From: an uncultured Nitrososphaerota archaeon
GTDB taxonomy: Archaea; Thermoproteota; Nitrososphaeria; Nitrososphaerales; CADDZS01
Direction: 5' to 3'
DNA length: 64,000 bases
NCBI GenBank assembly: GCA_963799845.1
Contig: CAWCYI010000006.1
Span: 416,001 to 480,000 of the forward strand
Shown piece after piece: positions 10,166-20,806 of the stretch. The position numbers and the translations under genes are program-made. The notes beneath the pieces are model-generated. The model searched no databases. It saw nothing but the letters and a program-made list of their open reading frames with translations, and was not told the DNA's origin. Position 1 is the first letter of the stretch. Each line of letters begins with the position of its first letter.

Positions 10166-12137
10166 TTACGAAACCAACTCGCTATGGCTTGATCGAAAGG
10201 CGTCATCAGTCCAAAGCCCTTCGAACCAAGGATAGATCTTGAAAAGAAATCCAGGCTCCACCTCTCCGTCGACGCGCGCCTTTTCAAGCCACAAGGAGCA
10301 CTTTTCATTCATCCCCAATGCAAGGTAGATACTCGCGACCGTAGCCATCTCATAAGAATCTCTAGCGGCCTTTTCAAGCTCAGCTATCAAGTGAAGGGAC
10401 TCAGTTTGAATCTTTGCTTTCGCGTATGCAAAAGCCAGGGCTGGCTTTCCGACAGGTAGGTGCCCAATGGTCGACTTGATTACCTCTATGCCTTCTTCGA
10501 ACCTTGATTTTTCTACGTAGGTGAGTCCAAGCCGGAGATTTACAGGCAAGTAGTTTGGTTCAATTTCTCGATAGTTCTCGAGCTCCGCGATTACTTTATC
10601 CATCTGCCCCGCCATGTAATATACCAAGCCTAATGTAAAAAACGTCGTCGGAGAAAGCGGGTCAAGCTCCCTCGCTCTCTCGGTTTCCATGATGGCTTCG
10701 TCGTATCTGCCTAAAGTAGCAAGCATCTGGGCGTAAAAATGATGTGCCGTCGAATAGTTTCCGTTCAGCTCGATTGCGCGCTTGAATTCTCTTTCGGCTT
10801 CCACCGGTTCGTTGCATAATGCAAGACTGATCCCAAGTGAATTGTGAGCTTCTGCAAGACTCTCGTCCAATTCAACCGACTTCAAAGCGGCACTTCTATA
10901 CTTTGCAAAAGTCTCTTTTTGCGTCGCATGTCCGTACACTACTGAGGCAATGTAGCAATCGGCGAGTCCTGAGTACGCAAATGCATAATTTTCGTCTCTT
11001 TGAGTTGCAAGTTTGAAAAACTCGATTGCCCTAGAAAGTCCTTCGTTGGTCCTCTGCCTCCAGAAGAATCGACCCTTGAGATACAAGTTGTGAGCTTCGC
11101 TGTCATTCGTCGCAATTCTCTGAATCTGATTTTTCTCCCCTTGCAGCAGTTGAACCCTCAAGGAATCGGCGACTCTTTGCGCAATATCACTTTGAATTGC
11201 AAAGACGTCTTCCAGTTGTCTATCATAATTCTCGGACCAAAGATGTCCATCAGTTTTCGAATCGATTAGCTGAACGGCGATTCGAACGCGATTGCCAGAC
11301 TTTCGTACGCTTCCCTCTATTACAGAATCCGACCTTCAACTCTTTACCAATCTCAATTATTTTCTCCCCTGTGTTCTTGTATTGCATTGCCGACGTCCGA
11401 GAGATCACGTGCAGGCCGCTTATTCTTGAAATCGTAGAAATTAGTTCCTCGGTCATTCCATCGGTGAAATAATCATCTCCGCGATCGGAAATCATGTTTA
11501 CTAAAGGAAGAACCACAACGCGATGTTTGTCTAAAACAAATCTATCAGTCTCTGTTCCAATGTTCTGCGCTTCCCTTTTCCAGGGGAGGTCGACCTTGTA
11601 GATTTCAATAGGAAGCTCGACGTTTTTCAGCTCGCGCTTTCCAATACTGCTCAAAGGTAAGTCGAATTTGTTGATGATGTGATCGTATACTTGCTCTGAA
11701 ACACATATGCCTCCTGGCTCCGCAAATGGCTCAATTCTGGAGGCTACGTTGACGGCGTCTCCATAGACATCGGCTCCGAGATGAACGACATCTCCAAGAT
11801 GAATGCCTATACGAAGTATGATTCTCTTTTCATCGACTCGCAGGGAGTTTAATTCGCGCAACAATTGTTGAATATCAAGAGCACTCCTTACGGCTCCGAG
11901 CGCGCTCGGGAATTCAACCAGGAATGCATCACCAATCGTTTTGATTTCTACTCCGCGATGTTTTGAAAACAGTGGACGCAGGAGGTTTCTATGTTCCTCG
12001 AGTAATTCAAGCGCCAGATTCTCATTTCTTTGGGAAAGAGAAGTGAAGCCTACAATATCGGTGAACATTATAGCCATAAGTTTTCTTCCGTCTTCGTTTT
12101 CTGTCAACTTGAGGCTATCATCTTTCTTGGAGAACAA
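10166..12137 (-). CDS. Class III adenylate cyclase + TolB-N-like + TPR protein, one frameshift near 11330
   Basis: MFTDIVGFT, KTIGDAF, RIGIHLGDV and DVYGDAVNVASRIE cyclase motifs, then VVLPL...DGMTEELI. After the frameshift: EGSVRKSGNRVRIAVQLID...HLWSENYDR, followed by TPR repeats. Confidence 0.9.
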
Positions 12138-12321
12138 CGAGGGTAATAAGTCCTATTTTGTTAATGGAGTCATTTCATACGCATCCCGGCAAACAAAATG
12201 AAGCCTTCATTGAAACTGGTTTCTATTGCTTTCTCTTTCCGTTTTCTGATAACTATCTCTAGCCTTTAGAGTAAGGGATCGTGGCATATCTTTCTAATCG
12301 AGCAACAGAATCCTACTAATA

Positions 12322-12771
12322 TTGCTTAGTGAAGCAGGTAGTCAGATCTTGAAAGATAAACTGTTTTCACTTTCACTTCTCGTTGGCGGATTAATTCCCC
12401 CGACCCTAATAATAATCTGGGGTGAATTGAGCGAGTTCAATGTCAACTTGTGGTTTCTTCCTACGGTCAATGTACCTGCCAGTTATTTGGTCTTCGGACA
12501 ATTTCTTATTGGAACGTATTATCTAATTTCCCCAGTACTAATCCTATCGTTTCTTCGAAAAACCGTCTTCAGCAACGATAGCTCGAGGTTTCTAGTGCTA
12601 ATTGTAGTAACCGTTTTTTCCTACGGTTTGCTTCGTTACGCAGAATTTCTCTATGATACCAGGGGCCCGCCAGTCTTTGATCCGTTTGGAAATTTCTTTC
12701 CATTGGCGTTTTGGAGTCTGCCACTAATTTCGACTGCCGCGGCTTCTTTGATTCTCAGTGCCAAGTCTTGA
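12322..12771 (+). CDS. Hypothetical membrane protein (about 4 TM)
   Basis: 149-aa ORF with several hydrophobic segments; no recognised family. Confidence 0.55.
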   Translation: MLSEAGSQILKDKLFSLSLLVGGLIPPTLIIIWGELSEFNVNLWFLPTVNVPASYLVFGQFLIGTYYLISPVLILSFLRKTVFSNDSSRFLVLIVVTVFSYGLLRYAEFLYDTRGPPVFDPFGNFFPLAFWSLPLISTAAASLILSAKS

Positions 12772-12855
12772 TTCGAAGTTTCATTTTTCTGGGCGAAGGT
12801 AAATTCGTCACGTCACGTTTCGCATTAATTACTCACAGAAGCGCACGGAAATAGT

Positions 12856-14235
12856 TCATGCTAAAAGTTCGTCGAGCGCACGAGTTTCTGCTTTCAAACC
12901 CTCTTCCATCGAGCACTGTTTCGAAGTTTCAAATCCCCGCTCTCCCATTGCGCGCGTCAATTCTTCATCGTGGAGAAGGATCGACATCTTCGAGGCAAGC
13001 GTCTGGGTGTCGTCAGGATCAACCAGCATTCCGTTTTTACCATCCTCGATCAGTTCCGCGACGCCAGCCTGATTGGTGACGACGGACGCCTTTGAGTGCA
13101 GCCAGCTCTCAACCACGACGAGGCCAAAACCCTCCTTAACCGAGGGGAGAACCGTGAACCGACATCTTTCGTACATAGAGTCGAGTTCCTTCTGGCTCAG
13201 GTGTCCCGCGAAAACTACCTTGTCTTGAATACCCATGTCTTTCGCAAGAGTTTCCAAGTTCTCTCGCCAGACTGAAGATTTCGAAAGTCCCAGCCCTCGA
13301 CCGGAACCCGAAAAGCTTCCGTTTCCCACGAACATCATCTTGATATTGGGAAATTCATTCGTCAGGAGTGAAATTGCCCTTATGGCTCGGTCTTGACCTT
13401 TCATGGGGTCCATTCTCCCGACCGACAGGACAACGTCATCCTGGCCTGATATCCCCAACTTGTTGCATGCCTCATTGACCTCCTGACTTGTTGGCTGCGA
13501 ATATTCTGTCGGATCTATGAAGGGGTATATCTTCCTCACCCGGCCTTCGTAGCCAAAGGATTTCAGGGACGTGAGATATTTTGTACTGCTGACAATTACC
13601 ATGTCGTAGTTGCTGAAATATGAAGAAAGCAGCGGTTTCCACTGACTTGGGATCATCGATTCATCAAACGGTATGTGCCATCTGAATATTTTCGGCTTCA
13701 GAGTGTTCAGCAATCTTCCCACAGGGAGCTGCTGGAAATCATGGATGTAAAAGAGATCAAAATCGAGTTTTGCGTCAAGTTTCGTAATCAGTTCAGCCGA
13801 TACCCTGTTGTAATATTCGAATTCCGAAAAATCGTCGCTCCAGAAGACGTCCTGCTGGGCCCGACTGTCGGAGTCTATTCCGTGGACGGCTCCCCAGATC
13901 GCCTCCTTTGTGTTTCCGTAGCCTGCGAGCCGATCTTTTTCGAGGGACACGTGATGGAGCGTTATTCCGCCCACCTTGACAGTTGACGGCCCGTTGGGAT
14001 TCAACGATATCCAGTGGGCGTCTTCCAAAGTTCCATCCTTCAACATTCTATTGATTAGAGGAAAGACCATTCGAGTCAGACCACCCACTGAAAATCTGTA
14101 GTCCAGATCCTCTTTGAGTGTCGATAAATTGGTCACTGCGGGCTCTTCGCCTGTTTCTCCAACCCGAGGAACTCTTTCCGTGAATTGGATAAGGGGCGTC
14201 TGAGTGTTAATGCAGATTTTCAGATTTCTGTTCAA
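12856..14235 (-). CDS. GT4 glycosyltransferase (trehalose synthase TreT-like)
   Basis: IHDFQ, WHIPF, VGRMDPMKG and PSVKEGFGLVVVES motifs. Confidence 0.85.
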   Translation of the reverse strand: MNRNLKICINTQTPLIQFTERVPRVGETGEEPAVTNLSTLKEDLDYRFSVGGLTRMVFPLINRMLKDGTLEDAHWISLNPNGPSTVKVGGITLHHVSLEKDRLAGYGNTKEAIWGAVHGIDSDSRAQQDVFWSDDFSEFEYYNRVSAELITKLDAKLDFDLFYIHDFQQLPVGRLLNTLKPKIFRWHIPFDESMIPSQWKPLLSSYFSNYDMVIVSSTKYLTSLKSFGYEGRVRKIYPFIDPTEYSQPTSQEVNEACNKLGISGQDDVVLSVGRMDPMKGQDRAIRAISLLTNEFPNIKMMFVGNGSFSGSGRGLGLSKSSVWRENLETLAKDMGIQDKVVFAGHLSQKELDSMYERCRFTVLPSVKEGFGLVVVESWLHSKASVVTNQAGVAELIEDGKNGMLVDPDDTQTLASKMSILLHDEELTRAMGERGFETSKQCSMEEGLKAETRALDELLA

Positions 14236-14645
14236 TCAATTTCACTCCAGAAGTTGAAAGGACGCAGATAAAATCAGGCCTTTGATACTGCCGTAGAGAT
14301 TATCTAACGGTTCGAGTATATCTGAGTTTTTGTCGAATCATTTGCACTTTTCCGAAAAATCGTTCAGTTCAAAGTGCATGAGAGAGTTTTTTGTTCCAAT
14401 TAGTTTTAGGGCACTTGTAAAAATACCGCACTTATTTCAGAATGGCTGGATCTTTATCCCTCCCGAAAATTATGCAGAAACGCAATTTTTTTCACCACAT
14501 TATACCAAAGAATTGACGCATATTGTCAAAGATAACTCGTTGTTTGTGAGTACATGCACGCATAAGATGAGCTACATCACAAGTAAATCGGGCATGCGTA
14601 AGACCTATAATGGCAAAATTCAGGTAGCTAGAAGTTGACAAGATT

Positions 14646-14930
14646 ATGACGAAATTACTCGCTTTTGTTCACATCTTTGTGGAATCACCGAAGATGGACG
14701 AAGTGGTGTGCGCTCTTCAAGGAATTCCAAATATCGAGGAATTGTGCGACGTAACCGGTGAATTTGATATCGTTTCTCTCGTTTCTGCGAGTGATATCGA
14801 TGAATTCAGGGACATTTTGAAAAACAGGATAATGAAAATAAGTGGGGTCAGAAGCACTGTTTCCTCAGTTGTGCTTCACCGGCACATTCGACCCAATATG
14901 CCAGAACTTGCAGCAGTGATACCTGCTTAG
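14646..14930 (+). CDS. Stand-alone Lrp/AsnC ligand-binding (RAM) domain protein
   Basis: VTGEFDIV...IMKISGVRSTVS pattern; no HTH domain. Confidence 0.85.
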   Translation: MTKLLAFVHIFVESPKMDEVVCALQGIPNIEELCDVTGEFDIVSLVSASDIDEFRDILKNRIMKISGVRSTVSSVVLHRHIRPNMPELAAVIPA

Positions 14931-14993
14931 ACCTGCAGTCCCTCAATTTTCAAATGTAAGAGCTTTTCCGGATACTGTCGTAAATTTCGGTAG

Positions 14994-15194
14994 CTAGGAT
15001 TCCCAACTGACAATTTTTTCGGGAGTTATTCTCAGGATGGGCGAGTCCGCTTCTTTCCAGGGATTTTCTCGATAATACTCCAATCTACCAGTCAGTACTT
15101 TAAGTACTCTTAGAAACTCTTTACCTCTTTCGAAAATTTCACAAGTACCGTGAATCATGACCCCCTTGTTCGGATCGATGGCGTCGATCGACAT
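14994..15194 (-). pseudogene. 3' fragment of a PPOX-like split-barrel gene
   Basis: KGVMIHG...ILRITPEKIVSW C-terminus; the upstream frame is blocked by a stop and the N-terminal half is missing. Confidence 0.6.
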
Positions 15195-15316
15195 TGCAAT
15201 TGCACAATTCTACACCCCATCAAAATCGCAAGAGGTGCAGACGGTAAGAGTTCGCCCATCATGGGCGCATACCATATTATCAATCATAGAAAACTATTTT
15301 TCTAACATTTCTCCAC

Positions 15317-15799
15317 ATGTTGCCGCTGGCGCTTCCATTGTATTCTCAACTGTCCGACATGGACAGGAAGGTGTTGAGATTGCTTGTTGATTCCGAGGGT
15401 AGCATCTTGACGCATGAAATATCTGAACAACTCGGTATGCCGATAAGCACCGTCCAAAGAAGAAGGAAGAGATTAGAGGAAGAATATCTCATCAAGCACT
15501 ACTCTTAAGATCCAGTTAAGTTCGGATGGAGAAAAGTTGACCTTCTAATTTACACTGAAGGTGGCGAGACGATGAATGTTGGGAAGGAATTGTTGAAGCG
15601 TGAAGAGGTAACCTACGCTGCAAGAACAATCGGAGAGCACACAATCGATTTGCGCATTGAAGTATTCGTAAGGGATAATGGCGTTTTGCTTGATCTCCTT
15701 GAGGATGTAAAGGCTATGAATGGAGTGAGAGACGTAGTCTGGACCGAGGTGGTAGAGACTATAGGAAGGAAGAATCCGCCGAATCATATTGTAATTTAG
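15317..15799 (+). pseudogene. Lrp/AsnC family HTH regulator with an in-frame TAA at 15506-15508
   Basis: HTH segment EISEQLGMPISTVQRRRKRLE. The same frame continues after the stop as DPVKFGW...RTIGEHTIDL...GVRDVVW. Confidence 0.8.
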
Positions 15800-15833
15800 G
15801 GCTCGATTGCCCTTTGACCCCTTCAGTATAATT

Positions 15834-16076
15834 TTAATTACACTTCAGAATCTTTCTTGCTTCTTCTTCGCTCGAAGCAACGTAGCGCGTGCATTGGGGA
15901 CAGTAGAAACGGATTTCAGGATTTCTTCTGAAAACGAGAACGTTCTTTCTACCCTTGCAGGAAAATGATCCGGCTTCGCTTCGAGAGTGATCTTTTGTCT
16001 CGTAAAAGTGTAATTCGTCAATCGGCTGTCCACACTTTGGACATGACGTCACCTCGATGATACACCTTTGTTCCAT
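15834..16076 (-). CDS. Small zinc-ribbon protein
   Basis: CPKC and CPQC pairs in an 80-aa ORF with an ATG start. Confidence 0.6.
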   Translation of the reverse strand: MEQRCIIEVTSCPKCGQPIDELHFYETKDHSRSEAGSFSCKGRKNVLVFRRNPEIRFYCPQCTRYVASSEEEARKILKCN

Positions 16077-16167
16077 TCGTTGTTATTATTGAGTTTATGG
16101 CTTTCGACTACCATCCAGAAGGAATTATGAGAATAAAAGACGCCAAAACCTCGTAACTGAGTGGAAC

Positions 16168-16255
16168 GCAAAGGCCATGGACAGAGTTAAGGACGTAGTT
16201 TGGAGGAAGATAGTGGAGATAATTGGAAGGAAGATCCTCCAAATCATCTCATAAG
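16168..16255 (+). pseudogene. Degenerate duplicate of the 3' end of the Lrp/AsnC gene (15710-15799)
   Basis: aaaggccatggacagagttaaggacgtagtttgg...ggaaggaagatcctccaaatcat aligns with aaaggctatgaatggagtgagagacgtagtctgg...ggaaggaagaatccgccgaatcat. Confidence 0.7.
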
Positions 16256-16415
16256 AACATCTTGCAGATCATACCAGTTCTTAATTGCCAAAGAGATGAC
16301 TAAATCTACCATATACGACTCTCTTTACGGTTTTTTAACTTCGATAAAGAGGTTTTCGCGTCGCTTTTCTTGAAATTAGGGCACAAATTGAGCGACGTAT
16401 TTTCATAGGGACTAT

Positions 16416-16694
16416 TTGTTTTGTTTATGGCTCATGCAAATCGTCAGGGAAGTTAATCCGCAGTCGATATGCGAGAAACTTCTTACTCTGGACTCAAAAA
16501 TACTTTATTCAAGTTATCTGGACTCTGAGGGTCAAAGGGTAGGTGAGGCAACCAGTCGTCTGATAGGACTTTATGATAAGCTTACAATTATGACGTTAGC
16601 CGTTTCTTCCGGCAAGGGCGCATTGGTTTTGGCTGCTCCAATCGGGTCAAACTTGACCGAGATTGTTACGAAAGCAAAAAGTCTTAACTGCTGA
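16416..16694 (+). CDS. Hypothetical protein, possibly a shortened roadblock/profilin-like thaumarchaeal protein
   Basis: ICEKLLTLDSKILYSSYLDSEG...YDKLTIMTL recalls thaumarchaeal roadblock-like small proteins (from memory, unverified). Confidence 0.45.
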   Translation: MFCLWLMQIVREVNPQSICEKLLTLDSKILYSSYLDSEGQRVGEATSRLIGLYDKLTIMTLAVSSGKGALVLAAPIGSNLTEIVTKAKSLNC

Positions 16695-16769
16695 ATCATA
16701 TATTACACAATGTCCTAAGCAGTGGACGCCTGCGATATTGATAATCGTCCTACTCGATCGCGATCTTCA

Positions 16770-16888
16770 GTCTAAGCTCGTATCTACATCAATTTTCTTA
16801 ACCTGATAATTGCCGAAGGCATTGTCGAGCAGGTTCGAATAACGCATTCAATTTACTGTAATTGCTTTATTGCTTCTTGTATCAAAAG
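16770..16888 (+). repeat. Degenerate ~120-bp non-coding direct repeat, copy 1
   Basis: Shares colinear blocks caattttctta, tgataatt, caggttcgaataa, attcaatttac and tttattgc.tcttgta with 20247-20379. Confidence 0.75.
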
Positions 16889-17202
16889 TTGTATCAAAAA
16901 CTCTCCATCCCAGTCTAGTGAGTCTGATTGGAAGAAAGCTCGCGTTTGTCGCCATTACTTTGAGCGCAAGCAACCATTGATGCCAGAAAAATTATTGATT
17001 GTGAAACACGATTTGAACCATGAAGATAAAGTACGGTCTCTCTGAGTGGTCTGCGTTGCACAACCTGATGCTATCTCTTCAACTTTGAAGTCTGGACCGA
17101 CTTTTCAACCTGCAAATCAAATGATAGTACATCCTCTTAACCCGTCCAATTAAATAAGCAGGGTCAGAAAGCAGACTTGCCTGCTCGTCGAGCTTTCGTC
17201 AA

Positions 17203-17550
17203 ATGGAACAAAAAGAGCTTGCCAAAATAAGATGTACTGCTTGCCGGTCAGGCGAGCCGACCGTCACTTCCGAGGAAATCGCGCTGTTTCAGCCTCAAGT
17301 TATTGGTTGGTCAATAGTAGAGAGGGATGATATCAAGCGACTCGAGCGTGTTTTCAAATTCAAGGACTTCACCGAGGCCATGACTTTCACAAACAAGGTT
17401 GGTCACATTGCAGAAGAGGAAGGACATCATCCTTCGATACTAACTGAGTGGGGAAGAGTTACTGTCACCTGGTGAACGCACAGAATCAAAGGCTTGCACC
17501 GAAATGACTTCATTATGGCCGCCAAGACGGATCAACTGTTAACTGTTTGA
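17203..17550 (+). pseudogene. Pterin-4-alpha-carbinolamine dehydratase with an in-frame TGA at 17473-17475
   Basis: FKFKDF, AEEEGHHP, then W*THRIKGLHRNDFIMAAK; the stop sits where the WWTH motif has Trp. Confidence 0.85.
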
Positions 17551-17724
17551 AAATATTACGCCCTGAAGGTAAAACGGATATGCAAGGTATTCTCTTCGCC
17601 CATTATGGAGAGAGCGTCAACGCCAGGTTGTAAGCGTCGTTCGCTTCACGATGTGTATTCCATCTCGCACTCCACTTTTTTACACTTCAATCTATTACAT
17701 AGGGTACTAAGAACCAAGGTAGAG

Positions 17725-18177
17725 TTAGGGATTACCCATAAGCAATTTTGTTGTCTTTTCATCGAAGTGGTATTTGACGCCGTACTTCTTACAAAAGTCA
17801 ATGATTTCTGGTAGCTTGTGCTGGACAGCCTCCAGTGTTTCTTGAGCCAACGGATCAGTGTCAATAAATTGAGTTTTCGTGCCAGTTGATAATTTGATTT
17901 TGAAAGTTCTCCCTTGCTTCTCAGTGTTAATCATGTTCGATGTCGTGGCATCTTTCTGCGAATTTTTGTCCGTCGAATTCCTCTCTGCAGAAGCGCGCAG
18001 GACCAACCATATTTCGTAATTCATGAAGGGCGAGACATTCACTCTGGGCTCGATTAATGATTGATGAGTCTCATGAGAAATCAGAATGCGACAGCTTCCC
18101 CTTCCCTCTTTGCATACACTCTCGAAGTATTCTGGAAGAGTTCGAGGCCTTCCAAAGAGCTTGTAGCTGAGTGTCAA
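17725..18177 (-). CDS. Hypothetical protein
   Basis: 150-aa ORF with a TTG start; no recognised motif. Confidence 0.45.
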   Translation of the reverse strand: MTLSYKLFGRPRTLPEYFESVCKEGRGSCRILISHETHQSLIEPRVNVSPFMNYEIWLVLRASAERNSTDKNSQKDATTSNMINTEKQGRTFKIKLSTGTKTQFIDTDPLAQETLEAVQHKLPEIIDFCKKYGVKYHFDEKTTKLLMGNP

Positions 18178-18402
18178 TCTGATAATGTTACCTCGAAACT
18201 ATTATCCACTACGCTGAAGTGATTTTCCCAATATCTTTCTGCGTTAATTAATGCCAGGGTGCTGATCAACTCCTCATCTCGACGAACTTTTTCACCTCTT
18301 CTCATGATGCTTCAATATTTTACCATATCTCGGATATCACTTCCGAAGAGACATGGTTTGGCTATCGAAATCTCCAGAAAAAGGAGCTTTGACAGGGGAT
18401 AA

Positions 18403-18606
18403 ATGATTCATCTGTATATAGTAGACAGAATGATGTCTTGGAGTGGGATACCGAGCGATGTAATGGTAAGTTCTGACTTTTGTGATATCTGCGGATCCGA
18501 TGAAGAAATAAGTTACTGCACGTTCCACAAGAAATTTCTTTGTTTGGCTTGCGATTGGAAATTACATTCCGTCGAAATCAAGCGGGCATACGAACTCTAT
18601 TGTTAG
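18403..18606 (+). CDS. Small B-box-like zinc-finger protein (start may be 18430 or 18463)
   Basis: CDIC-x8-CTFH-x4-CLAC-x4-H spacing. Confidence 0.55.
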   Translation: MIHLYIVDRMMSWSGIPSDVMVSSDFCDICGSDEEISYCTFHKKFLCLACDWKLHSVEIKRAYELYC

Positions 18607-18620
18607 TAACAGATCAAGAA

Positions 18621-18857
18621 TTGACTACTCAGGCTTTCCTGCTGATCAATGTGGATCCTGGGACCCAAACGACGGTAACCAAGGAGTTGAAATCAATTCA
18701 AAAAGTCAGAGAGGTTTATCTTACGTATGGAGTCTACGATTTTATCGTAAAGATAGAGGCCGAAACGCAGGAGGAGCTCAAGGAAGTTATTACCTACCAA
18801 ATTAGAGCGCTGGGAAATGTTAGGACAACTCTTACAATGGTTTTTGCAGCGAAATGA
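18621..18857 (+). CDS. Stand-alone Lrp/AsnC ligand-binding domain protein
   Basis: AFLLINV...EVYLTYGVYDFIVKIE...IRALGNVRTTLTM; TTG start at 18621. Confidence 0.88.
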   Translation: MTTQAFLLINVDPGTQTTVTKELKSIQKVREVYLTYGVYDFIVKIEAETQEELKEVITYQIRALGNVRTTLTMVFAAK

Positions 18858-19036
18858 AAACTAAGAACTAATCGCAATTTCAACGACTAGCAATTTCTGA
18901 TTCGCTAGATTATGAAAGCTGAAATTGAATACTGCCTTCAGGCCGTATGTAAGCCCTAAGAGTGTGAGTCGCCACTCATACTCCTAGTTTTGACATACAG
19001 CTATATGACTAGTCAGTTCACATTCTTGCGAAAATG

Positions 19037-19234
19037 CTAGACTTTTGTCAAGAGTGCTGTCATAACATCGTCGGCTTTTGCGTATCTTCCTTCGGGTAGA
19101 GTTTTTGAAACCCACTCTTTGTCTTCCGATGGAACATCGGACATGTTGTTGCAAGCCGCTACAACTTCATTTCTTGATGCCGGATACTGTACGTGATTCT
19201 TTAGGTGTCCTAATTCTTCTGATAGATTGCTCAT
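19037..19234 (-). CDS. DUF2795-like small protein
   Basis: HVQYPASRNEVV...LPEGRY...DV pattern. Confidence 0.65.
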   Translation of the reverse strand: MSNLSEELGHLKNHVQYPASRNEVVAACNNMSDVPSEDKEWVSKTLPEGRYAKADDVMTALLTKV

Positions 19235-19583
19235 GATTAATCTATGTAAAGAAAGAGCCGCTTGCTTATAAGGCAGCTTTGTCGCAAATCGTGGCTTTCA
19301 CTGCTAAAGATGGTACTTCGATTCAAGAACCACCAAGTTACTGTGGATTAGGATGGCAAAATTGCCATAGTTGTCTTGAAGGATTCTCAGGCTCGGTTCA
19401 ATCAGTCGCAAAGCTTTGGAAGGCTTTTGAATCTCGCAGTACCTGGTCCAAATTAGTCAGCATCGTCATGGGTAGTTTCCGACATTCTTGAGAAAAACAT
19501 CTAATTACGAAAGACAAATAGAAGCAGGAAAAACAAAAGGAACGAGGAGATGCATTCAGAGGAAATGCATCTGTCCCTCTCGC

Positions 19584-20120
19584 TTACTTGAGAGAGACCC
19601 TGGTCAATCTTTCTTCTGGCTTTGCCTCTCTCTTAGGGACCTTGATTTCCAAAATCCCGTCTTTCATTTGTCCTTCGACTTTGGATGGATTGACTTCTTC
19701 AGGAAAGCCGACTACCCTCTCGAAAGAGGAATAGGCCCGTTCCCTGTGAATGTAGTTCTTTCCCTTTTGCTCGGTCTGATTCTTCGATTCTGCTCTGATG
19801 ATCAACCCTTCCTTGTTCACCTGCACATCAACGGCATCCTTGCTGAAGCCCGGAAGCTCTGCTGTGACTAGATATTCGTCTCCGTTGTCCACCAGATCTA
19901 CAAAGGCGTATCTCGTTGGGAGTTCGTTCATTGACCCTGGTAACGTCGTAAGAGGAGTAAACGGCGCTAGCATTTCGTTGAAAGAATTTCGGAATTCGTC
20001 GAAAATATTGTCGAAGCCTCTTGCAAGGCCTGTTGCGGGCGCATTCGCCGCTGCGATGCCCGTCCCAGGGGTGACTGGTAAAACCGGACTCTTCTTGCTG
20101 CTTGAACTTCTGCTACTCAT
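19584..20120 (-). CDS. Hsp20/alpha-crystallin small heat-shock protein
   Basis: VTAELPGF, RERAYSSFER and DGILEIKVPK motifs. Confidence 0.93.
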   Translation of the reverse strand: MSSRSSSSKKSPVLPVTPGTGIAAANAPATGLARGFDNIFDEFRNSFNEMLAPFTPLTTLPGSMNELPTRYAFVDLVDNGDEYLVTAELPGFSKDAVDVQVNKEGLIIRAESKNQTEQKGKNYIHRERAYSSFERVVGFPEEVNPSKVEGQMKDGILEIKVPKREAKPEERLTRVSLK

Positions 20121-20246
20121 TAAATTTCACTGGTTGTAATAGGCATTACGTACTATATACACCTATGTCGAGCAACAATGAACCAATATGGTAATTAGAA
20201 GACTCGAGATAGATGGTTTACCCTTTTCCATGACGGAGTCCCTAAG

Positions 20247-20379
20247 GTCTGAGCTTTCCACTCACACCAATTTTCTTAGATTAAACTTGATAATTCTCAA
20301 AGCAGTGTGTTGATCAGGTTCGAATAATGCAATTCAATTTACCACAGTTGCTTGTTTTATTGCCTCTTGTAGCAAGAAG
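20247..20379 (+). repeat. Degenerate ~120-bp non-coding direct repeat, copy 2
   Basis: Colinear match to 16770-16888. Confidence 0.75.
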
Positions 20380-20542
20380 GCCTATTTCGTGAGAAGCGAA
20401 GAATTTCCTTTCGTTAGGATTGAGCTTGGACTTCGAAATCAAAGCGTTTACTCGAGGTTTGTCTAAAAGTAGCATCTGTTATTAGAATATTCACATAAGG
20501 GCAAGGAGCGCGGGAAATTTGGCTTTCTCTCGGCTTGATAAG

Positions 20543-20806
20543 TTACTTTTCATTAATGAGATACCCGTGGAGGACTAAAGCCAACAGATATATCCCAAAC
20601 ACGAAAAGCATGGCGCTCAGCTCAGCGTCGATTTGAGGATGCTGGTACGTCTGCCCCAGCCCGAGCACTTGATAGTAAACGAAGTATCCCCCGATTATCA
20701 TGACACCAACAAAAAATGACCAAAGTATGATGATTCGTCCATTTTTGGGGTCAGACCTAAGAGTCCTCAGCAATGCGTATCTCTCGTCCTTTCGGCGGTT
20801 ATCCAT
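20543..20806 (-). CDS. Small 2-TM membrane protein
   Basis: Basic N-terminus followed by two hydrophobic helices; ATG start preceded by AGGTG. Confidence 0.6.
   Translation of the reverse strand: MDNRRKDERYALLRTLRSDPKNGRIIILWSFFVGVMIIGGYFVYYQVLGLGQTYQHPQIDAELSAMLFVFGIYLLALVLHGYLINEK

Noticed and set aside
14330-14638. 102-aa ORF in AT-rich intergenic DNA
   Set aside because: Atypical composition, and it covers the promoter region between divergent genes.
17473-17475. TGA recoded as Trp or selenocysteine
   Set aside because: TGA is the normal terminator of many genes in the window, and the site is a Trp position, not Cys.
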